Below, piece by piece: positions 35,411 through 48,636 of a stretch of 48,636 bases of DNA. The translations under genes and the position numbers were made by a program. Position 1 is the first letter of the stretch, and the number at the start of each line of letters is the position of its first letter. This DNA is from Acidimicrobiales bacterium (GTDB lineage: Bacteria; Actinomycetota; Acidimicrobiia; Acidimicrobiales; GCA-2861595), in NCBI GenBank assembly GCA_035689115.1, contig DASSMA010000083.1, positions 1 to 48,636 of the forward strand, in the 5' to 3' direction. The notes beneath the pieces are model-generated. The model was given only the letters and a program-made list of their open reading frames with translations, was not told where the DNA came from and ran no database searches.

Positions 35411-37501
35411 ATGCAGACCTCCATCGTGGCCCTCGCCGTCCTGGCGGCGGTGACGATCCTCGTCCTCGTCAAGTCGGTCCACCGCATCGGCCCTGCCGAG
35501 GTCGGACTGGTGACGAAGAAGCTGGGGTTCAAACGCCTCGACGACGACAACCCGATCGCCTTCGCCGGCGAGGCCGGCTACCAGGCGACGCTGCTCATGC
35601 CCGGCCTGCGGTTCCGCCTCTGGCCCGTCCACTCCGTGGCCCGGCATCCCTGGGTGCAGGTGCCGGCGGGCGAGATCGGCGTGGTGATCGCCCAGGTCGG
35701 CGAGCCCCTACCCATCGGCGCCAAGAGCGCCGCCTACCGCTCCGAGTTCGGGAGCTTCTCCGACATCGAGACGTTCCTGCGCAACGGCGGCCAGAAGGGC
35801 GTCCAGCGCCCGGTGCTGCCCCCGGGCACCCTGGTGCCGATCCACCCCGTCGGCTTCCTCGTGCTCACCTCGCGCGAGGTCTTCGGCATCCCGGTGGCCC
35901 CCGAGCTGGCCACCATGAGCGACGACGGGGTGCTCTCGCCCGAGTCCTTCGGCCTCGCCCCCCAGCAGCTCCAGGTGGTCGTGATCGCCCCGCAGGGGGA
36001 GTCCGACGTGATCGGCGTCGTCACCACGCTCGAGGGCACGCCGGTGGAGAAGGGCGACATCGCCAGCCGCCTGGGCGGGTTCGACGACGTGGTGGCCCTC
36101 GAGTCGGGGCCGGCCACCGACGCCGAGCTGATCGACACACTCCTCGGCTCGAAGAACGACCTCCACAACAACTACCAGGACTTCCAGGCGTTCCTCGACG
36201 CCGGCGGCCGCATCGGGCTTCAGCACGACCCGCTCCTGTACGGCGCCTACCTCCTGAACCCGTTCCTCGTGCGGGTGGATCTGGTGCCCATGCTGGTGGT
36301 CAACCAGGGCGAGGTGGCGGTCGTGAAGGGCTTCGTGGGCCTGCCCACGCTCGACACGTCCGGCGCCGACTTCAAGTTCGGCTCCATCGTCCGCCCCGGC
36401 CACCGCGGCATCTGGCAGGAGCCGCTGCGCACCGGCAAGTACCCGCTGAACCCCCGTGTCTACGCGGCCGAGATCGTGCCCACCTTCATCCTGACCCTCA
36501 ACTGGGCCAACGCCCAGAGCCAGGCCCACGACCTCGACACCCGGCTGGAGCCGATCGTGGGCAAGAGCCGTGAGGGCTTCGTGTTCACCATCGACCTCCA
36601 GGTCCAGATCCACGTCTCCGACACCCGGGCGCCCAAGGTGATCTCGATGGTCGCCACCATGCAGAACCTGGTCAACGAGGTGCTCCAGTCGGCGGTGGGC
36701 AACCACTTCCGCAACACGCTCCAGAACCTCGAGGCGGTCCGCTTCATCGAGACCCGCCAGCAGGTGCAGGAGAGCGCCTACGACGCCGTCCGCGCCTACC
36801 TCGCCGCCTACGAGGTCGAGACGCGCGGCGTCTACATCCAGGACGTCGTGTTCCCGCCGGAGCTGGTCGAGGTGCTGACGAAGCGGGAGATCGCCAACCA
36901 GGAGCGCACCACCTACGCCGAGGAGGAGCGGGCGGAGACGGCCCGTGTCGAGATGGAGAAGGCCCGGGGCACGGCCGACATGCAGGCCGAGCTGGCCGCG
37001 TCCCAGGTGTCCGTCGACATCAACGCCAACCGGGCCCGGGCCCGCGAGGCCGAGGCCCGGGGCGAGGCCGCCTTCGTGCGGACCACCGGTCGGGCCGAGG
37101 CCGACCGCACCGAGGCCATCGGCCTGGCCGAGGCCCACGCCACCCAGGCCCTGGGCCTGGCCCGGGCCGCCGGCTACGAGGCGCAGCGGGCGGCCATCGG
37201 CGAGGGCGGGACGGCCCTGGTGGCCGTCACCACCGCCATCGCCGAGGGTGGGGTCGACATCATGCCCGACATCCTCGTCACCGGCGGGGGCGGCGCCCTC
37301 GACGGGCTGGCCGCCACCCTCATGGGCATGTTCCGCACCAACGGGAAGCCGTCCGCGCCCGCCCCGGACGGGGCAGCCGCCGAGCCGGTGGACGAGGTCC
37401 TGGAGGCGCCGGCCGAGGACGCCGAGCCGGCCCTGGAGCTGGTGCCGGCGGGCGACGACCACCAGAGGGGGCGCCGGCGCCGGCCGCCGGCGGAGTCGTA
37501 G
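35411..37501 (+). CDS. SPFH/band-7 (flotillin-like) membrane protein with a long Ala/Glu/Arg-rich coiled-coil C-terminus
   Basis: A purine-rich SD precedes the ATG at 35411. The N-terminal TM is 'IVALAVLAAVTILVLV'. The SPFH-like core is followed by 'EEERAETARVEMEKARGTADMQAELAAS...ARAREAEARGEAA' repeats. Confidence 0.7.
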   Translation: MQTSIVALAVLAAVTILVLVKSVHRIGPAEVGLVTKKLGFKRLDDDNPIAFAGEAGYQATLLMPGLRFRLWPVHSVARHPWVQVPAGEIGVVIAQVGEPLPIGAKSAAYRSEFGSFSDIETFLRNGGQKGVQRPVLPPGTLVPIHPVGFLVLTSREVFGIPVAPELATMSDDGVLSPESFGLAPQQLQVVVIAPQGESDVIGVVTTLEGTPVEKGDIASRLGGFDDVVALESGPATDAELIDTLLGSKNDLHNNYQDFQAFLDAGGRIGLQHDPLLYGAYLLNPFLVRVDLVPMLVVNQGEVAVVKGFVGLPTLDTSGADFKFGSIVRPGHRGIWQEPLRTGKYPLNPRVYAAEIVPTFILTLNWANAQSQAHDLDTRLEPIVGKSREGFVFTIDLQVQIHVSDTRAPKVISMVATMQNLVNEVLQSAVGNHFRNTLQNLEAVRFIETRQQVQESAYDAVRAYLAAYEVETRGVYIQDVVFPPELVEVLTKREIANQERTTYAEEERAETARVEMEKARGTADMQAELAASQVSVDINANRARAREAEARGEAAFVRTTGRAEADRTEAIGLAEAHATQALGLARAAGYEAQRAAIGEGGTALVAVTTAIAEGGVDIMPDILVTGGGGALDGLAATLMGMFRTNGKPSAPAPDGAAAEPVDEVLEAPAEDAEPALELVPAGDDHQRGRRRRPPAES

Positions 37502-37618
37502 CGGCACGTGCAGAGGCGGCGCCCCTTGGGGGGCGCCGCCTCGCCGCGTTGGATTGCGCGCCGCGGCGGGCACCCTGTGCCCGGTTTCCGGAGGGATCCG
37601 CCTCGAGGAGGACGGCGG

Positions 37619-38953
37619 CTAGCCGACTCTCACACCGGCCACGCCGCCGTCGTCGAGGCGCGTGGCCCAGACGCCGCCGGTCACCGCCACCGGCGGGAGC
37701 TCGAGGTCGCGGCTGGCGGCCAGCGCCAGGCGCGGGCCCGCACCCTCCACGACCATGGCGCCGTCGGCCGCCCGGAGCAACCTGAGCCAGTCGTCCGACG
37801 TCGCCACGAGCACAGCTCCCTCACCGGTGGCCACCAGGCGGACGAGCCGGCCCGGGATTGGCGGGGTGGTCCAGCGGACGACGCCGGTGCGGGCGTCGAG
37901 CGCCTGGACCGCACCGCCGTTCGTGGCCACGGCGACGGTCCGGTCGCCGACGGCGACGATGTCACGGGCGTTCGGCTGCTCCCACAGCGTCCGCCCCGAG
38001 GCGGCCTCGATGCCGGTCGGCACGCCGCCGACCGCCACCACGAGGACGTCTCCGGCGGCCACGGCTGTCGCCGGCAGGTCGGGAAGGGGCCGGGTCCAGA
38101 GAACGGCCCCCGTCGTCCGGGCGATGCCGGCCAGGCGCACCGGCTCCGATGCAGCCGCCGGCGGGCCGGCTCCTGACGCGCCACGGTCGGACTGCACCAC
38201 GATCACCTCTGCCGTGACGGCGACCGGGCGGGGCACGGCGATGTCGACCTTGGCATCGGTCACCGTCCGCCCGGTCCGGTCGAAGGCGACGACCGCCCCG
38301 CTGCCACTCGGCGAGCTGCCGCCGGCCACCAGGAGGCCGCCCTGGGCGAGGACGTAGGGGAACCGGCCGGCGTCCCGGCCGGTGTCGAGCCGCCTTCCCT
38401 CCGCCGCCGACCGGACGGCGATCGCCGTTCCTCCGAGCAGCACGCTCCCGTCGCCGGCGGCCAGCGCCCCCCACCGCACGTCCTCGGAGCCCGTCCAACG
38501 TCGCCGCCCGGTGGCGGCGTCGAGGGCGACGACCCGCGGCCACCCCTCGAACCCGCTCAGCACGACGGTGCCGCCGGAGGCGGCGGCCGCCGAGAACGAC
38601 CCGCGGATGCTCCATCGCAGCCGGCCCCCGGTATCCACGGACGCGATGCAGCCGCCGGCGGCGACGACGAACCCCCCGTCCACCGCCAGCGGGTCGAACG
38701 GCACGTACGTGGATCCGGCGGTGGACCGCACCGTCCACGCCACCTGACCGCGCGCCGGCGTCACCTGGAGGCCTGGGCATCCGCCCGCACCGAGCCGGGC
38801 CGTCGGCGGCCGATCGTCCAAGGGGTGCGGCCCGAGGCGGACGAAGCCGAACCCCAGCCGCAGCAGCACCAGCACGACGACACCCAGCACCCCGACGAGG
38901 CGGCCATGGTGTCGGTCAAACGCTGCCTTCCCCGCCGCCCCCACCTCGACCAT
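37619..38953 (-). CDS. Membrane-anchored PQQ-like beta-propeller repeat protein (BamB-like fold)
   Basis: The N-terminal TM is 'LVGVLGVVVLVLLRLGF'. Repeated 'G.V.A.DA.TG...W' blades follow. Confidence 0.7.
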   Translation of the reverse strand: MVEVGAAGKAAFDRHHGRLVGVLGVVVLVLLRLGFGFVRLGPHPLDDRPPTARLGAGGCPGLQVTPARGQVAWTVRSTAGSTYVPFDPLAVDGGFVVAAGGCIASVDTGGRLRWSIRGSFSAAAASGGTVVLSGFEGWPRVVALDAATGRRRWTGSEDVRWGALAAGDGSVLLGGTAIAVRSAAEGRRLDTGRDAGRFPYVLAQGGLLVAGGSSPSGSGAVVAFDRTGRTVTDAKVDIAVPRPVAVTAEVIVVQSDRGASGAGPPAAASEPVRLAGIARTTGAVLWTRPLPDLPATAVAAGDVLVVAVGGVPTGIEAASGRTLWEQPNARDIVAVGDRTVAVATNGGAVQALDARTGVVRWTTPPIPGRLVRLVATGEGAVLVATSDDWLRLLRAADGAMVVEGAGPRLALAASRDLELPPVAVTGGVWATRLDDGGVAGVRVG

Positions 38954-39028
38954 GGTGGCAGGCCACGAGGTCGAAGAAGCCGCAACGCGCCGAGGCGGCG
39001 CCCCTGCGGGCGCCGCCTCGGGTGTCTG

Positions 39029-39919
39029 TCAGATGCAGAGGCCGGGCAGGAGGCAGAGCTTCTTGGAGCCCGCCGGCGGCCCGTTGATGCCCGGGGCGCT
39101 GGGCGACGGGGGCGGAGGGGCCGGGGGCGGGTCGAGGAACCACTCGCTGCCGTCGCCGCCCGACAGGTAGGGGTGCTGGAGGCCCTTGCGCTGGCCCGCC
39201 GTCATGACCGGCGCCTCCCGGGCGGCGAAGGCGAAGGCTTCCTGGATGGACACCTTGCCGTCGTGGTTGGCGTCGCCCCGACCCTTCAGCATCCCCTCGT
39301 TGGCCAGCAGGCCGGTGAACACCGACATCTGCCAGTCCGGGCGCTCGTAGCCCTTCTCCGTCTCCTGCGAGGAGGCGGTGAAGAGCCGGCGGGGCCCACT
39401 GAGCAGGCCCTCCTCGAAGCCGGCCGCCTCGCAGCCGGAGATGTTGGTCCAGAGCCATCCCCGGATGCCGTCGAGGCGCTGGGCCAGCTCCCGGTCGGAG
39501 ATGACGTTGGTGGCGTCGTAGGGGACGATGAACTCGTCCTTGTCCTCGCCGTCGTGGTCCGGATCGCCGGTGCGCTGGTAGACGTGGCCGGAGTAGTGGA
39601 AGACCGTGAACGAGCCCTCGCTCGAGCGGTCGGCCAGCCACTGGATACCGGCCCGGATGTTGGCCGCCGTGGCCGCCGCTCCGGTGAGGACGCGGACCTG
39701 GTCGTCGGACCAACCGGCCCGACGGAACACCTCGCGCATGGCGGTGGCGTCGCCGGCGCCGCCCACGGGGGCGGCCGGCCGGCCCTTGAAATGGGCGCTC
39801 ATGCCGATGATGAGCGCTGACCTGTTGGTGGAAGCAGTCGGGCCCGCTTTCGCGGGCCCGACTGCCAGGACACTGAAGAGCAGTGCAACTGCCACCGCCC
39901 CCATGGACCGCCGCTTCAT
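39029..39919 (-). CDS. Secreted caspase-family (peptidase C14, orthocaspase-like) protein with a Pro-rich, Cys-containing C-terminal tail
   Basis: The signal peptide is 'MKRRSMGAVAVALLFSVLAVGPAKA'. 'ALIIGMSAHF...FTVFHYSGHV' carries the catalytic His box, 'NISGCEAAGF' the candidate Cys box. The start lies 7 nt after the upstream gene stop. Confidence 0.7.
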   Translation of the reverse strand: MKRRSMGAVAVALLFSVLAVGPAKAGPTASTNRSALIIGMSAHFKGRPAAPVGGAGDATAMREVFRRAGWSDDQVRVLTGAAATAANIRAGIQWLADRSSEGSFTVFHYSGHVYQRTGDPDHDGEDKDEFIVPYDATNVISDRELAQRLDGIRGWLWTNISGCEAAGFEEGLLSGPRRLFTASSQETEKGYERPDWQMSVFTGLLANEGMLKGRGDANHDGKVSIQEAFAFAAREAPVMTAGQRKGLQHPYLSGGDGSEWFLDPPPAPPPPSPSAPGINGPPAGSKKLCLLPGLCI

Positions 39920-39926
39920 GGTGCTG

Positions 39927-41729
39927 CTATCTCAAGGCCCGGCGGACCCGGCGGAGGCCGAAGGCGCCGCCCAGCATGGCGAGGCCGGTGAGGGCCATGG
40001 CCGTGCCGTTGGAGCCGGTGCGGGGCAGCTGCTCCACGCCGGTGGAGGGCAGCTGGCCGCTGACCGTGGGCACCGTGACCGTGACCGACCCGGTGATCGG
40101 CACCGTGATCTTGGCGCCGCCCTGGGCCGACCCGGTGGCGCAGCTCCCGGTGGCGGTGGCGTTGTTGGTGAACGTCCCGCCCTTGGAGCTGGTGGGTATC
40201 TGCACGGCTATCGACACCGATTTACTGGCGTGTGGACCGATGGGCCCGATGTCGTTCCAGGTGACCGGGTTGGTGGCCGAGTTGGCCGCCGGGTTGGTGC
40301 CGGTGATCGTGTACTTCACGCCGCTGGAGGTGGTGATGGTGTCGACCACCTTCACGTTGGTGAGGTCGCAGTCGGCGAACGGGTTGGTGACGGTGATGTT
40401 GTAGGTGAAGCTCTCACCGGGGTTGACGGTGGTCTTGTCGGCCGTCTTGGACACCGGGATGCTGCACTTGATGCCGCCGGCCGGGACCTGGGCCCGGGAC
40501 TCCATGTGGCCGACCCGCACGTCGAGGGCGTTGGCCACGGTGGGAGCGAGGGCGGTGTTGAGCAGCGTGACCCGCACCACGTCGACGGCGGCCGAAGCCG
40601 AGGTGCCGTCGCCGCCCTGGGTCGGGCTGCTGTTGGCGTCGCCGCCGATGGCCCGGGGATCTTCGCCCACCGCGATCTCGACGATGCCGGGCAGGCTCAC
40701 GACCAGGCCCTGGCCGCCGAGGAGCTGCTGGAGGGTGATCTCGACGGGCAGGCCGCCGAGGCCGGAGATGCGGACGACCGGGGTGGAGGGGCTGGTGGCG
40801 TCCGGCCCGTAGGTGACGTAGGACTGGCCCGGGACGCCGGTGGCCACGGTGCGCAGCCGCCACTCGCCGAGCAGCTCGATGGTGATCGGCGTGAGCGTGT
40901 TCTGGAGCAGCGTGACCGGGGCCACGGTCATCCGGGTCTCGGTCATGAGCCCGAAGTTGTCGCCGACCTTGTTGCCCTGGGCGTCGGTCTGCGGCACCAG
41001 CCGGGTGATCGACTTGCTCTGGGTGACGGAGCGGGTGGGATCCGGGGCGTCGACGGCGACCGCCGGGCCCGAGAAGGGCTGGTCGGCGCCGGTGGGGGTG
41101 CCGAGGTCGAGCAGCTGGGCGTCGGCGACGTAGCCGAGGCCGGTGCTGGCGTCCTCACCGAGGATGCAGGTGCCGTCGGCGTTGAACCGGGCCTGGGCCT
41201 GGCCCCTCGCCAGCGAGGCGTACGCCGCCGGCGGGATCTTGATCGGGCCGACCTGGTTGGTGATGAGGCCGGTGCTCGGCGGCGCCGAGGCCAGGGCCCG
41301 CTGGGCCAGCAGGATCTGGTTGGCGTTCACGTCGGTGGCGATGGTGGTGCCGACGCCCAGCTCGAAGCCGGAGCCGCGGCCGAAGCTGCGGTCACCCTTC
41401 AGGTTGGCGTCGAGCGTGGTGTTGGGCAGCTGGGGCTGGATGACCTGGCCCACCTCGTTGACGATGGTGCCGGCGGCCGCACCCGGGCCCTGGGTGATGG
41501 TGCCCGTGCCCTTGGAGGCGATCGAGGCGCCCGATTCGCTGACCTCGGTGTCGACGAGGCGGGTGCCGCCCACGTCGAGCGCACCGACGTGCACGGGGGT
41601 GCCCGTGCTGTAGCCGTTGTAGTTGGCGTCAGCCGAGGCGACCTGCGCCTGGGCTGGGCCCCCAACCAGCATTCCGGTCGTGGCGCCTGCCAGGAGCAGG
41701 CTCGCCACCAATGACAACCGTTTCTTCAC
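39927..41729 (-). CDS. Surface protein with DUF11-type repeat domains and a C-terminal LPXTG-like sorting signal
   Basis: GTG start with a GGGAAG SD. The signal peptide is 'LVASLLLAGATTGMLVGGPAQAQ'. A DUF11-like segment reads 'GESFTYNITVTNPFADCDLTNVKVVDT'. 'LPSTG..LPRTG' plus a hydrophobic stretch and an 'RRVRRALR' tail completes the sorting signal. Confidence 0.8.
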   Translation of the reverse strand: MKKRLSLVASLLLAGATTGMLVGGPAQAQVASADANYNGYSTGTPVHVGALDVGGTRLVDTEVSESGASIASKGTGTITQGPGAAAGTIVNEVGQVIQPQLPNTTLDANLKGDRSFGRGSGFELGVGTTIATDVNANQILLAQRALASAPPSTGLITNQVGPIKIPPAAYASLARGQAQARFNADGTCILGEDASTGLGYVADAQLLDLGTPTGADQPFSGPAVAVDAPDPTRSVTQSKSITRLVPQTDAQGNKVGDNFGLMTETRMTVAPVTLLQNTLTPITIELLGEWRLRTVATGVPGQSYVTYGPDATSPSTPVVRISGLGGLPVEITLQQLLGGQGLVVSLPGIVEIAVGEDPRAIGGDANSSPTQGGDGTSASAAVDVVRVTLLNTALAPTVANALDVRVGHMESRAQVPAGGIKCSIPVSKTADKTTVNPGESFTYNITVTNPFADCDLTNVKVVDTITTSSGVKYTITGTNPAANSATNPVTWNDIGPIGPHASKSVSIAVQIPTSSKGGTFTNNATATGSCATGSAQGGAKITVPITGSVTVTVPTVSGQLPSTGVEQLPRTGSNGTAMALTGLAMLGGAFGLRRVRRALR

Positions 41730-42017
41730 AGGTATCTTCCCTTCGCCGAAGACCCGACACGCCCGGCGCTGCCGGTTCTCTCGCTACGTCCGAGAGACGG
41801 CACCCACTGCGCCTTATGACGGTGATTGCCCGTTTTTCTTTCGTTCACGCCGGAATGGGCGTCCCATCCCTTTTTGCTCGACGCTGACGACATCCTGGCA
41901 CATCGGCGCACGACCTACCTAGTCCGTTGTCCCGTGGCGGGAATCGGCGCCTGCCCGCCACTGTTCTTGCTAGCATCACGCATAAGTTTCCTTCGTCCGC
42001 CCTAGTGAGGTAGCCCG

Positions 42018-44504
<2,487 letters not shown>

Positions 44505-44556
44505 GCGGGCCGGCGCGAGCGTTATGCTGCGCGGACCGCCAGCAGTTCGTCGTTAG

Positions 44557-47014
<2,458 letters not shown>

Positions 47015-47018
<4 letters not shown>

Positions 47019-47461
47019 AGGTCGCCATCCTCATGGGCTCGCCCAACGACAAGGCCAAGATGGCGGGCGCCGGCGAGATGCTGGGCCGCTTCGGGGTGGA
47101 GGTCGACGAGCGGGTGCTGTCCGCCCACCGCACGCCGGCCGACGTGGCGGCGTTCGCCTCCTCGGCGCGGGAGGAGGGGTTCGCCGCCGTCATCTGCGGC
47201 GCCGGCATGGCCGCCCACCTGGCGGGGGTCGTCGCCGCCCACACCACGCTGCCGGTGATCGGTGTGCCGCTGTCGGGCGGGGCCCTCAACGGCGTCGACG
47301 CCCTCTACGCCACCGTCCAGATGCCGAAGGGCATCCCCGTCGCCACCGTCGCCGTCGACGGCTCGGCCAACGCCGGCATCCTGGCCGTCGAGATGCTGGC
47401 CGTCACCGACGAGTCGCTGGCCGCCAAGCTGGCCGAGTTCCGGGCCGGCGGCGCTCGCTGA
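47015..47461 (+). CDS. purE: 5-(carboxyamino)imidazole ribonucleotide mutase
   Basis: '[11 protein letters not shown]...[23 protein letters not shown]' matches PurE. The GTG overlaps the purD stop as GTGA. Confidence 0.9.
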
Positions 47462-47465
47462 AGCA

Positions 47466-48636
<1,171 letters not shown>

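Noticed and set aside
41730-42017. AT-richer leader upstream of clpB. I looked for an HspR HAIR box (CTTGAGT-N7-ACTCAAG) or a CIRCE element.
   Set aside because: No convincing match was seen by eye; only a short 'TTGCTAGCA' palindrome is present. The heat-shock operator may be degenerate or absent.

Overview
High-GC (~70%) chromosomal segment of actinobacterial character. Coding density is high on both strands. Because of GC bias every frame carries long open 'ORFs'; real genes were selected by recognisable protein-family signatures, GC3 skew, SD-like motifs and start/stop coupling. Many ORF-track entries are antisense shadows or have N-terminal extensions, so starts were re-set.

Content in order:
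- a TetR regulator divergent from an NTF2-like/cupin pair;
- an RDD-family zinc-ribbon membrane protein operon;
- a four-gene signalling operon on the minus strand (membrane sensor remnant, hybrid REC-PAS-PAS histidine kinase, stand-alone receiver, REC-GGDEF-EAL), every junction coupled by a GTGA start/stop overlap;
- a serine hydrolase;
- an iron-containing redox-enzyme family protein with an SRPBCC gene;
- a DUF2254 membrane protein and an M48 metalloprotease;
- a cupredoxin lipoprotein next to a lipoprotein containing a 543-nt perfect-frame tandem duplication;
- YciI-like, BNR/Ycf48-like and PAP2/vanadium-haloperoxidase-like lipoproteins, and a YkgJ Cys-cluster protein;
- a candidate effector-immunity-like pair (HExxH zincin-like protein with an N-terminal LQRxxGN leader, followed 1 nt later by a small ORF), next to a lower-GC stretch carrying a large hypothetical gene;
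- GyrI-like, HATPase_c_2, SRPBCC, FAD-oxidase and membrane-protein genes, and an alpha/beta hydrolase;
- a His-rich / PAKKA-tailed small protein;
- a TrmH methyltransferase;
- an SPFH (flotillin-like) protein preceded by a 16-bp perfect palindrome;
- a membrane PQQ-propeller protein, a secreted caspase-like C14 peptidase and a DUF11 LPXTG-type surface protein;
- clpB and a purA-purD-purE-purB cluster, partial at the window end.

Three genes carry -1 frameshifts at short G/C runs, which look like assembly indels. No rRNA, tRNA or CRISPR was recognised.
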